NCBI GenBank assembly: GCA_965649765.1
Contig: OZ287748.1
Span: forward strand, 94,736,001 to 94,800,000
Origin: Bispira polyomma
Taxonomy: Eukaryota
DNA length: 64,000 bases
Direction of reading: 5' to 3'
Shown here in pieces: positions 26,088 to 38,446 of this stretch; the stretch's first letter is position 1, and every line of letters begins with the position of its first letter. The notes beneath the pieces were generated by a model. It was given only the letters and a program-made list of their open reading frames with translations, had not been told where the DNA came from and made no database searches. The position numbers were made by a program, and so were the translations under genes.

Positions 26088-27069
26088 TTGTAGGAGCCAC
26101 CAATATCAGCAGCAAGTTCATGGCCTCAGCTTGGAACAGGATTGACACAGCCATTAGACCCAAGACTGCTAGTGCTTACAAAGGACAATTCAACACATTT
26201 TTAGCGTTTAACCACTTTGTGGGCATTCAGCAAGTCACTGTTCATTCAGTCTTGGTATTTTTAGAATACTTGGTACAAGCTGGCCTTTCACCTAGAGCAG
26301 TAAATAATTATGTTGCAGCCATAAAGTACATGACACAGAAATTCCAATTAGATGCCACTCCTTTATCCCACAAATACATTCAGTTATTTTTGAGAAGCTT
26401 GACACACAATTCAGCTTTCAAACCAAAACACAGAGGTATTTTTGACATACAACAAATGGCCAATATCTCCAAAGCATGTGACATTCTGCAAGACCCCATA
26501 CTCTTCAGGGCCATCTTTCTGTTGGCTTTCTTTGCTTTCTTAAGGCTTTCTAACATAGCCCCACACTCAAGATCAGCATTTGATTCCACTAGAATTTCCT
26601 TAGGCAAGACCTTACATTTGCCCCACCTGGTGCACACATTACCCTGAAATGGGCCAAAAATTTACAGAACAGGACGGACACACACACAATACAGATCCCT
26701 GGGCTTAAAAACAACATACTTTGCCCAGTATTAGCTCTCAAGAAGCTGATTGCTTCTAGGCACCTTCCACCTAGTGCACCTTTATTTACATTTGCTTCTC
26801 CACCTTTTCACCCAATTGTGGAATCTCATGTGAGGGCAGCTCTGCAAAAGATATTAGAACACATAGGCATAGACTATAAAACTCATGGCTTTCACACTTT
26901 CAGGTGCTCAGGTGCCACTTACGCATTCAATAATAATGTCTCTCTCCAAAACATCATGTCTCATGGCTTGTGGAGGTCCTCAGCTGTGTGGACCTACCTA
27001 CAACAAACTTCAGAAGCAGCTTCTGTAGTTCCCTCACTTTTGCTTCCACAATTCCTCATTTCTGTTAGT
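26084..27069 (+). pseudogene. Tyrosine recombinase of YR element 1 (frameshifted)
   Basis: FFAFLRLSN (catalytic R), HTFR (HxxR), HGLWRSSAVWTY (W, Y); frameshifts near 26600 and 27035. Confidence 0.92.
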
Positions 27070-27077
27070 TGGGCTTG

Positions 27078-27496
27078 GGTGTCAAAATTTCAAATAATTT
27101 TTAAAATTTTATCATTTTGTGACCTTTTATCTGTACTTGTATATACATTTATTTACTAACTTGTAAAAAATAAAATCCTCAAACCAGAGTTTTACTGACT
27201 TATCAAACTTCACTTCATCCTATAGTGCAAGCAACCACTAGTCAACTATCCTAACTTCACTTAACTTCACATCTTAGCAATTGGACTGTGCATAACACGA
27301 CAACTTCAGGGGTCTGTTAATTCAGTCCAACATAAGATTATATCTACCTTAAAACCCTAGGTCATACCTAACCTCTATTTTCTTGTTTATTCGATCACTT
27401 CCAATCAGATTCAAGATTCAATCACCCATGACCATTCATTTCCATTTCAAATCATTATTGACTCGACATTTGAACTAGAAACAACAAAAACTTCAA
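27078..27496 (+). repeat. Internal B1-A2 block (copy of the circle junction) of YR element 1
   Basis: B1 27078-27293 directly abuts A2 27294-27496 through TTGGAC-TGTGCAT-AACACG. Confidence 0.95.
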
Positions 27497-28642
27497 CCCA
27501 CCACCTCCCCTTACAACGGCTAAGTTTAAGGCTCAAGATTCTACATAACAAGTTGATTCAGGGTCGACTTAAGCCCAACCGTGTCTCGGTGGGTCCCTGC
27601 TTCCATATACTTGCCCTGTCCCGGCTGCCATGGGAATTCGGAGCTCTGCGAGCAGGGACTAGCCCGGGCTAGGCGAGTTGATGCCGCAGGTTTTGGGTTC
27701 AAGCCTTCCCTGGTCCACGAGTTATGTACACATTTTAATAAGGAAAACACTGTGCTTATGACTGGAGTATTCAATTTGTTAGAGCAAGGTTACACATTGC
27801 TTTGATATTCTCAGGTTTTCCCATAGGGATCTTAGACGTTAAATAAGTTAGGTATTAGATCAAGTGGCCCATCACTTGATTTAGGGTACTACAATCAATT
27901 AGGTCAGGATAAGTAGGGTGATAACACTCATTAGAAATAAGTTATGCAATCTTTTTCCCTTCTTCCATACTTTCATTTCACCTACAGGACGTAGTGTATT
28001 ACAGACTGCCTCCAAGAGCAGCTGGGCACTCTTGGGCTGTCGCCAATTTTACATAACTTGTTATATGTCACTTTAAATAGTCACCAAAGTGAAGGGTGAC
28101 GTCATGTAAAGTGTATTCATGTAAACGTAAATGTGAAGGTATGAAGCCACAATATGTGGTATATCAGAATGAAATGGTGTTAATAGGTCAGTAATGAATG
28201 GCCATTTATGGTGTAGTTATTGCCCAGTACAGGGGTAGTCTTTTACATTCTAATAGCAGGTTTATGCCATGTTTATGGACATGTACCGTGTTGGAAGCTA
28301 GCGTGCTGGCATTCTAGGGGAAAGATTGGTCAGGCTTGATCTGGTAAATATGTAACACACCCTAGGTTTACACTATATTAAACGAGTTAATAAATTTGGG
28401 CTAGTCCCTATTTTACGTGTTTTTAGTAATTCTAGAGTTCCTCTGCTTTACTGGTTAGAGATCTCGTGTAAAATAATAATAAAAAAAAGAAATAATATTA
28501 TGATAATTGTTATATTGATACTTTACATTATGTGTACTTTTCACAGCATTAATATTAATTACAGCTGTCATTGTTCTCTAGTTGTAGTGATTGATTACTA
28601 TTTTATGTGATATGTTGTTTAGTGACACCATATCGTGGTGTA

Positions 28643-28855
28643 GGTGTCAAAATTTCAAATAATTTTTAAAATTTTATCATTTTGTGACCTTTTATCTGTA
28701 CTTGTATATACATTTATTTAACTTGTAAAAAATAAAATCCTCAAACCAGAGTTTTACTGACTTATCAAACTTCACTTCATCCTATAGTGCAAGCAACCAC
28801 TAGACAACTATCCTAACTTCACTTAACTTCACATCTTAGCAATTGGACTGTGCAT
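28643..28855 (+). repeat. Split direct repeat B2 of YR element 1
   Basis: Matches B1 apart from a 3-bp indel and about one substitution. Confidence 0.95.
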
Positions 28856-31800
28856 TGTTTCACCAATCTACACAGGTTATTTTGAAGCATTGTGTGTAGA
28901 AGATCCACTTTGTGATGTGGTTATAGATAATCTACCTGAAGTTGTCAAACAGAAGCATGACTTACTGCACAATGCCAAGAATGGCCTCAGGAATGGCCCA
29001 AATGATGGTCAAGGGCCCAGGGAGTCGCATCGTGATGAAGGTTTGAAAAAACTAGACAACAGTGTCATAACTCAAGCTGTTACAACTAGGCTTGGTCATG
29101 AGAAGGCCAACAGAAAAGACAAGCCACTGAAAGTAACTGCATTGAAGGATATAGGTGATCCTGCAGATTTCAAGTTAGCCCAAGAGGAAGATGCTTCGTT
29201 ATTCAAAGAGAGAAAGTGGGCAGAGATTGGGAAAGTGAAATACAGCCCTAAAGCTCACAATGAAACCTCATTCCGAGTTGAGAAGGGACTTCTTTACAGA
29301 ATAGTCACCAAGCAGAAATTAGGACTGAACACAGAGGAAAAACAACTAGTAGTGCCAAAGAAGTACCGCCAAGCTGTGCTGAAGCTAGGACATAAAACGT
29401 TACTCGCTGGTCACATGGGCATTGTGAAGACCACAGACAGAATACAGTCGAACTTTTTCTGGCCAGGCATGCATCTTGATGTCAAGAATTTTTGCAGGTC
29501 ATGTGACATATGCCAGAGAACAGCTCCAAAGGGCAGAGTGGCGAAGGCTCCTTTGGGACTTTTAATACACCATTCCAGAGAGTAGCAGTGGACTTGATTG
29601 GTCCCATACAACCAGTCAGTCACCGAGGCCATCGTTGCATCCTCACAATGGTGGATATGGCAACAAGATATCCGAAAGCCATGGCACTAAAGAACATAGA
29701 CTCAGTGACTGTTGCAGAGGCATTGATTAAGATGTTTAGTGATGTTGGATTCCCAGTGGAGATGTTAAGTGATCGTGGAACACAATTCACTTCTGGCATG
29801 ATGAAAGCGGTTGAAAGATCAGTCTCAATCAAACCTTTAGTGACCAGTCCATACCATACACAGTGTAATGGTCTGTGTGAGAAATTTAATGGAACATTGA
29901 AACAAATGTTAAAGAAGATGGTCGGGGGAACAGCCAAAGGATTGGACCGGTACATTGAACCACTATTGTTTGCATATCGGGAAACCCCAGTAGAGAGTTT
30001 AGCAGGGTTTTCGCCATTTGAAGTGCTATATGGCAGAACTATTCGAGGCCCTATGTCAGTGCTGAAGGAAGTGTGGTCAAATGAAGAGGTCCAAGAAGAA
30101 GTAAAAGATACATATGAGTATGTCCTTGATTTGAGGGATCGGCTTGAGGAAACCAGGAAGTTGGTGTCTGAGGGTCTGCAGAAAGCCTAGGACAAACAGA
30201 AGAAATATTTTGATCGAAAGGCAATTCAGAGGGAATTGAAAGAAGATGACAAGGTCCTGATACTCCTCCCAACAGATGAAAATAAACTGTTGATGCGTTG
30301 GAAGGGACCATACCCAGTCAGAGCCCACATTGGGATGAACAATTATGCTGTTGACATCCATGGGAAGACAAAGGTGTACCACATCAACATGCTGAAACAG
30401 TATTTTGATAGGGGCGATTTGGCAGTGGAAGCCACAGAAGCAGGTGCTATGGGGATCATAGATGATCAAGACAACAATGAGATCAGCCCAGGTGAAGCCA
30501 TTGTAACTAGCAAGATTTTTGGAACACCTAAAGAGGCTGAAACACATCTGGATGTAAACATAAATGAAAACTTGTCTGGTGGTCAGAAAGAGGCTGTCCG
30601 AGAACTAGTGGCAAGGTACGGAGACATATTTTCGTCAACTCCAGGAACTACCCACCTGGTGAAGCATGATATAGTGCTAGATGACGACACGCCAGTGAGG
30701 ACAAAGCCCTACCCAGTTCCATGTGCTAAGTATGAAGAAATGAAGGCACAAATAAACGAGATGCTAAAAATAGGCATTATCGAAGTTTCTGAATCACCAT
30801 ATTGCAGCCCGCTTGTTATGGTCAAGAAAAAAGATGGCTCAATGAGGTACTGCCAAGACATGAGAAATATTAACAGAAGGACAAAGTTTGACTGTGAGAG
30901 ACCTGTGGAAATCGATTCCATATTTGCCAAGCTGTGTGATGATAGATATTTCTCAAAATTTGATTGCTGCAGAGGTTACTGGCAGATCCCTTTGACAGAA
31001 AGAGCAAAAGAGATAACAGGGTTTTCCACACCCTTCGGTCACTACCAGTTTGTAAAGATGCCATTTGGACTCGTGAACTCTGGAGCAACATATGAGAAAA
31101 TGATGAGAAAACTATTGGGAAACCTCCAGTGCATTGACCACTATGTTGATGATGTATTGGAACATACCAGAGATTGGTCAGAGCACATGACAGTGATGGA
31201 AAACTTCTTCCAAAAGGTTCGACAGGCAAACCTGACGTTAAAACCCTCCAAGTTTTACCTTGGATACTTTGAAGCTGACTTTCTTGGACACAAAGTTGTG
31301 AGTGGCATGCTAGCTACCCAAGATGATAAGTCAGAAAAGATCAGAAACTCTCCCATCCCAAGCACCAAGAAACAACTGCGCTCATTTCTCGGATTATGCT
31401 CATATTACCGCCGGTACATACCCAACTTTGCTGAGATTGCGTTCCCACTGACAGAACTGACCAAAAAGAAGATGTCAGAAAAGCTGGTCTTAACAGATGT
31501 CCACAGGGATGCCATAGAGAAGCTCAAGGAAATCATGTGCTCAGGTCCCATATTGAAATTACCAAATGTGAAAAAAAGGTTTGTCCTCAGGACCGATGCG
31601 TCCAATGTCGGGATAGGCGCTGTGTTGATGCAGTACCATGAAGGGGAGCTATTTCCAGTGATGTATGCAAGCAGAAAATTGTTGCCAAGAGAGAGGAACT
31701 ATGCTGTAATTGAGATGGAGTGTCTTGCGCTTGTGTGGGCAATTGGTAAATTTGAAGTGTATTTGTATGGCCAAGAATTTACCATTCAGACTGACCATAG

Positions 31801-31945
31801 GTCATTAGAGTATCTAAACAAAGCCAAGTTCAGCAATGCCAGGATTATGCGTTGGGGCCTCAGCATGTAACCTTACATGTATAAAGTAGAGTACATCAAG
31901 GGAGAGGACAACGTTGGCGCAGACTTCCTATCAAGGAACATTTAA
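28856..31945 (+). pseudogene. Remainder of Gypsy pol: protease C-terminus, integrase (HHCC, DDE core, GPY/F), RT, RNase H
   Basis: GHMG...FFWPGM...CRSCDIC; AVDLIGP, SDRGTQF, NGLCEKFN; RWKGPY; YWQIP, MPFGL, YVDD; RTDAS; reads past a CAA>TAA stop at 31868 to GADFLSRNI*. Confidence 0.93.
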
Positions 31946-31999
31946 ACTGTGGATGTGATGATTATTGTACAGACATATTGATACCTGAACAACATCCTT

Positions 32000-32012
32000 A
32001 AATGGGGGGATA
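32000..32012 (+). other. Polypurine tract
   Basis: AAATGGGGGGATA immediately upstream of the 3' LTR. Confidence 0.75.
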
Positions 32013-32013
32013 T

Positions 32014-32835
32014 TGTAGTATATGTTATTTTTCATTAGGATGTTGTATTACTTTCATATGAATATATGTATTTCATTTGCTGTATTTTTTATGTAATGAT
32101 TGAGTCTGTAGACAGTTTTAACTGATGAGTTATATATGTATTTTATTTGCTGTAGTTTTAACTGATGCGTTAAATATGTATTTTATTTGCTGTAGTTTTA
32201 ACTGATGAGTTTACTTGAAGTTGTGGTATTTCAAAATTTGCAGTCTCCATTACGTGTCAGAATAATACACAGGTGAACTGCTGTAAAAGTAAAGGGAGGT
32301 AGTCCACCCTCACCTTTGCATATTTGGAATTTATTGATTAATGTAAAGTTTAAACAGAGCCACTGCAAGGCTAAGGTATTTTGCTTTCTCATATTTACTT
32401 CTGGACACATTTATGTGTTTCTCCAGCTGTATGCAACTTGTCACTTTGACAGTTCAACTATCATGTGCAATACTTTTATTATTATAAGGCATTATTTTCC
32501 CACAGCACAGAATTAAGATGGATAAGTTGGTAACAGCAATCTGGAGATTTATTTGATTTTATTCTGAGTTAGTTTTTGATGGAATAACAAGTGTTTTCAG
32601 CCATTGGGCTAGATATGTAAGATTTAAAAGAATGTATTAATTAAGCAGACCTAATTAATCATTATCTGAACCGTGTTGTTATTATCTAACGAATAATTAT
32701 TAGGCAGACCTAATTAATTGTAATGAAATAGATATATTAGGATTGTTAATGTAATTTCACTGTTAATAAATTTAGAACTATCAAACTGGAACTTTATCTA
32801 GTAATACAGGCAACTGCACATCTGGTTACACAGCA
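32014..32835 (+). repeat. 3' LTR
   Basis: TGTAGTATATG...GGTTACACAGCA followed by GTAAC. Confidence 0.96.
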
Positions 32836-35324
32836 GTAACCTTTTGTGCCGGTACAACACTATAATTGGAGACTGAAGTAGGAAAAGTGCTACAAACTGA
32901 CTTTTAATCTATAAATTTCTAGTGATTATAAATCGTGTCCGATGTATAACTTTAGAATGACATTTTTCATCCAAGATAACTGCATTACGACAATGAAATA
33001 TCACAGGAACTTGGTTGCACAAGTATTGGATTCCAATGTAAAGATTATTTTAGTATCATAAAGGTAATATCATTTAATGCAATAGACAACAGCTGGCGAG
33101 GTATGCAGGTAAAGGGACATTATCCATTCAACAGCAATACTCTCGACATTAAACACAACTACAGAGAAATTCAAAAATGAAGTTATTGTTAGTATCAAAG
33201 CTTTAGAAAGATCTAAAAGAATAAAGGCAACAGTTAGAAATGTTATTTTGAATTACAAGCAGAATAGTTTCTGCTGACAGATCGATGAATATTTCTCAAT
33301 TCTTCACAGGTAATATGCTTGTTTAAGTGAGCAATAAACTACAAAGTGAAGCTGATATTTGAAACCGGGTGGAAATATTTTGAGTTAATTTTTTTCAAAA
33401 GGGAGAAACAATGGTTGGTTTAGAAAGAGGTTTCATCTTTTAATGAATCGCATAAAAATACAATTACAGTCATTACACAGTACGATACCAATAAAAACTG
33501 GTCCCTATTTTAGAGATTTAAATTCCGTCCAGTGTCACATTAATATTTGTGTTTGTGTCATAGGGCTTTTTTGTAACGCTGGGGACATTTTTGGTCGCGA
33601 GATATATTTTTAGTTTGTGTATAAATATTCAACTTTATGGAATGTGGGTTTAACCCCTCAACAAATTGATTCAAAAATGTGTATGGTGGGGGGGGGGGAT
33701 GGGGGCTTTAACCCGTGATTACAACAATTAGAAATTCATGGCCGAGTGTACTTCAGTGCTAATAAAAATTAACATTATTGGTAATAATTCTAATGAACAA
33801 AACATCACTGATAGTTGTAGAAAGTTTATTACTCTTACTAATGGAATTCCTACATCATTTTGAAGTTGTTTTGCATTTGTAAGATATGCACTGTTTAAAA
33901 CATATTGTATGCCGTTATATAGCTCTGTGCTGTGGGATACCTCTTCAGATAAGGTGAATTAATTTATACTCAGTGGCGTAAATGTGTCCGCAAAAATATG
34001 AAAGTTAACTTACAACACGCATTCTGCATTGTTACCGCTGATATGTGAAGACTTTCCTGTTGATGTTCAGTTAGATAGGCGGGTTTTTTTAAAATTTCTA
34101 CAGTGTTGTAAAAAGTGATAATATTTGTGTCTCAACTTGTTTGTTCTTAGCATTAAATGGTAGTAGTTCAAGCTTATGTAATAGTATAAATAGACTGTGT
34201 TATAAAGATAACCTTAGAAAGGATCAATTAGGTTTTGTGGATTTAAATTCAGTTAATGTATCCAGTTTTCAGTTAATGTATCCAGTTTTCAGTTCAATTA
34301 AGAAAATGTCAAAACTGCGGAAAAAATTATAGATTTATGCTATGTTAGAGATTCAAAAAGCACTGTGCACTTACTTTGCCTGAGATAAATGAAACAATCT
34401 CCTGTGTCTGTACAGAATAATAATAATGTTTGGTCATAAGGTGTTTCCTTCTGTTCAAATTGTCATTGGTGGTTTTTTTTCTATTTCTCTGTTTAAGTTG
34501 TAAATTGCGTTTGTAATTTTTTTCTTTGCTTTCTGTATCATGTTTCATGTATACGAAAATAAAGATTATTATTATTATTATTAAATCAATCTTTGTTATG
34601 GAGAAAAGGTACATAAGTGAGCCTTTGGTCGGCTAGAATAACAATTTTAACAAAGAAATTTAATAATTTAATGTACCCTAAACTTTCTCTCTGTGTAAAG
34701 CTCATGGGCGGAAAAATATGTAACGACTTCAAAGACAACTCTTGGTCTGTTTAAAATTGGGAATGTACTGATATAGATATTTGGGGTGGGCTGTCGGAAG
34801 GAAAAACACAGAAAGTATATATGCCTTTACAGTGTAGCTTTACAGATCAATATTCTTTGGATTATATATTCACCAGTGACATCCTGTGTATATGAGATAA
34901 ATAAAATTATATAGGAAGAATTACCTTGGATTCAGGAGATCACCCCGCCTCATTTGTGCTTGTGACTACTTTAGAGTATTTGGATATATTTATATATATG
35001 ATGTTTTGTAAGACAGAGAAAAGTAGATGTTTTGAAAAACCCAGGCCAAACAAAGGTATGTAATAAAGCAAATTCACTGTATAAAATATTACTAGGTTAT
35101 TTTGTAATTATATAAATATGACAAAGAGCTGTAAAGAGTGGAAATTTATGGAATAATAATGAGTGGTGACTAGTTTTTTGTGTGCAACAATAAATTTGTA
35201 ATTTGGACAGAAAATGGTTGGTATTCATTTACCTAATACTGTAAATATTTATTATGAAATAGAAAAGTAAATCAATGCAAACATTCATGTGGAAAAAATC
35301 AACCAAATCATACATGATTTGGGG

Positions 35325-35719
35325 TATGCCATATTGCACTAAATAACAGTGTTGGTTGTAATAGAGTTAGTCTGGTCATCAGAAGGTCTCCCGCTTTGAG
35401 TCTTGGTATTGCCATATATAATGTTTACTGGAGGGATAACAAGATGTAAACATTCGATTGTCGACCGGTGACAACCAATACTTATGGTACGTTCGACCAA
35501 CCTTGTGAGTATGGTAATTACTATGCCCATAATGCACTAAATAACAGTGTTGGTTGTAATAGAGTTAGTCTGGTCATCAGAAGGTCCCCCGCTTTGAGTC
35601 TTGGTATTGCCATATATAATGTTTACTGGAGGGATAACAAGATGTAAACATTCGATTGTCGACCGGTGACAACCAATACTTATGGTACGTTCGACCAACC
35701 TCGTGAGTATGGTAATTAC
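35325..35719. repeat. Near-perfect ~198 bp tandem duplication
   Basis: 35325-35521 and 35522-35719 are almost identical. Confidence 0.92.
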
Positions 35720-35939
35720 GACTGGTGAGCTTGTGATTACCAATGGTGAGCGTTCAAGGGTTTGTAAACACGCGAGGTGTGAATTTCTCTGTATGCACGT
35801 GGTGTTAGTATTTATAATGCATAAATGTAGTAAATATGAAGAAAAGACCAACCGGCTGTATTTAATTAAATTATTAGAATGATTTATGTAAATAATATGT
35901 GATAAAAATCCCTGTTATAATAAAACACCAAGTAAATTT

Positions 35940-36075
35940 CCTTACTGGCCGCCATTTTGCCAGTGTTTTGGGTCAAGGCCACAGATTGGAAGTACTCTGT
36001 GAGCTTTCTAATTCCGAGCCGTGATTACGAGATTTTGGCTGTTTGTGGCGTTATTCATGAGGTGTAAATTGGTAA
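35940..36075 (+). promoter_or_regulatory. Putative promoter / first exon of the HYKK-like gene
   Basis: YY1-type GCCGCCATTTT at ~35948, CpG-richer patch and donor-like sites at ~36062-36072, ~150 bp upstream of the first recognisable coding exon. Confidence 0.4.
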
Positions 36076-36224
36076 ACACGGTTTGCAACAAGCACACAAA
36101 CAACACATTTGTTGTGGGACTATCCCTTCTCAGAAAGCAAGCTCCTTAGAGAAACAAAATATTAATTTGGCACTATGTATCAATGCTTTAATAATAGTAA
36201 TATTAATGTTATTTTGATTAACAG

Positions 36225-36428
36225 AGGATACAATTTGGAAAGTGCAGGCCTCCTCAATAGCCACCAAGTTCTATGGATTAAAGGTGGAAGAAGTGTCTCA
36301 ACTAGATGGGTTTTATGACAAAAATTTCAAAGTGGTGGCAACTACTGAGGATGAGAACAACAGACATATGTCTGAGACGTTTGTCCTGAAAATCCTCAAT
36401 ATAGAGGATTCTAAAACTCAGCATGCTG
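36225..36428 (+). CDS. HYKK: Hydroxylysine kinase-like exon (N-lobe)
   Basis: ACAG| ... FYGLKVEEVSQLDGFYDKNFKV...FVLKILN ... G|GTAAGT; start codon exon not resolved. Confidence 0.85.
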
Positions 36429-38446
36429 GTAAGTTAATCTTATGTTCTCATGTATGCGATTTGTGATAAACAAAATAATAGGATGTATGTGTTCTCTTCT
36501 CATAACAAATGAACTTTTGGGTGTCGCAAATCACAGTTTGATACACGATAATAAGTAAAGATAATTTTTGAAGAGGTAAAACTTCATTGTCACATATCGA
36601 CCATCGGTTGTCGTAAAATTAAAAATTCAGATGATAGAAGTTTAGGTAATACAGGTTATACTGTCTTATCTTGACTGCAGGTGGAACAAAATAAGAAAAA
36701 AAAACATTTCTCTGTACAAATTGAAATAAAAAAGAATGCTATGTTTCTTGTTGATAAGGTATTGTTACTGTCAACTTTAGTTAATGTGATATATAAGCCC
36801 TGCCCGAGGGCTTGGTGTCCTTCATTTTGTACTGATTTAAGAGTGTACCATTTTATACATGCCACTACAATGAATAGTCAAAGAATATAGTTTTATATGT
36901 AACTATTCATTCTTTACAGCAGAGGTTTCTGTAAAGAAAATGCACCCATATGTTCCATATGTCTTCTGTTGTAGACATTAATACATGGACAGGGTACAGA
37001 CTGGAGGGGGGCCAACGTCCTAATTTTGTTCAACACAAAGTTATACAACCATGTTCTATGTATAGGTTAGGGTCCCATTTAGTGTTCACCATTTTGAAAG
37101 ACTGAAAACTAACCAATATATATCTTATGTCCCTTTCAGTTTCTTTTTAATGATACAAGTAAGTGCATACTTTTTATTAGGTTTAGTCTGATGGCTTTTT
37201 TATTCTGAAAAGGGCAGCGTCATTGAAAAAGGTGCAACCATCTTAGAAATAATATGTAAGGCTTAAATCAATTGATTGGAAGTAATTGACCCATCCAAAC
37301 GGAGAGATGTCAGATTTGCCTGAGTATATCCTTGCCCTATTAACATTAGTGTATTTCACACTGTTCGCCTGTGTCTTTTAAAAACGCCACCTCTTATTAA
37401 ATTTAAAATACAGAGTACCTGTTTCTCGGAGAATCACCAGCTGTAATTTAAATTAGAAGTTTCCTTATGTATGTTTATGACATGTCTGAGCAACAGGGTT
37501 AGGAGATGCATCATACATATTTTTAATCTTTGGCAATGTTTCTTTTGTTTCGTATTTACTGTACAGTTTACATTTCAAAATGAAATACAAGTTCAAAGTT
37601 TTAAATGTTTGAAGAATGATTTAAATTATATGTGGGTTGGATAAAAGCCAAGTCATGAAAAAAGTCCAAAGTAAAGTTATGCAGTGTACTTATTCATCAG
37701 ACAAATGACAAGACAATGATAAAAGCTTTGGGATTTTATTTTAATATACATCTATATGATTAGTTGTGTTAACTGTACAACCACACTACTAATTATTAAT
37801 CTATGTTAATAAAATTTATTTTATTTACAAAGGCCCGTTGAGGAATGTTCATTCGTTAAAACTAATGTTCATGAAGCTAAGTGCTTTCATATTCATTCTA
37901 TAAAATTTGATTTCTTTCAGAGTTCATGTTGTTATAAGTCCCAATGGGAATGTCCATATACTAAAAGAATGTCCATGAAGCTTAGTGCTTCCACCATTTC
38001 TAGTTATTTTTTTATCTTTTATAAACAGTCTCTACTATAAGGTTATTCATTGACTGAAGCTTTCATATGAACAGCTGTAGTGTGGAATCCCAAGCTGCAC
38101 ATGTCATGCTGAAAGACAATATATCATCTGTGTATCACCATTTCTTTTGATGATCTTCAGTATCATTTCAGTCCTTGTATCAGCATAAGTACCTCAATAA
38201 AATACAATATTAATAGGATTAATACATGTATACAGGAGTGGGTGGGTGGGAAAAGAGGTGTTTCTCTTAGCTTTGCAATCTCCACACTGACAATATACTG
38301 TGATGAAGCTTGCAAAGAAAACTTTTACAGAACTACTTTCTAGTCACTAATTGAACATTTTTATTACCCCCCTTCAATAAAAACACTCTTCCCCCAGACA
38401 GATACAACCTCCACATGTCCACGCCGCCCACGCACAGTTGTGGTTA

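Larger units (their letters stand above)
21694..28855 (+). mobile_element. Ngaro-type tyrosine-recombinase retrotransposon 1 (A1-gag-RT/RH-YR-B1-A2-spacer-B2)
   Basis: A1 21701-21903 = A2 27294-27496; B1 27078-27293 = B2 28643-28855; DIRS-order RT/RH and YR ORFs; core TGTGCAT at both ends and at the B1/A2 junction. Confidence 0.95.
19003..32835 (+). mobile_element. Full-length decayed Ty3/Gypsy LTR retrotransposon, Gmr1-type (gag-PR-IN-RT-RH), interrupted by a YR retrotransposon
   Basis: Two 822-bp TG...CA LTRs, 5-bp TSD GTAAT/GTAAC, PBS, PPT, and gypsy-type domains with integrase upstream of RT. Confidence 0.96.

Noticed and set aside
27541-27805. Short ORFs in the A2-B2 spacer as an accessory gene such as an SGNH hydrolase or methyltransferase
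   Set aside because: Under 80 aa, no GDS or DPPY-like motifs.
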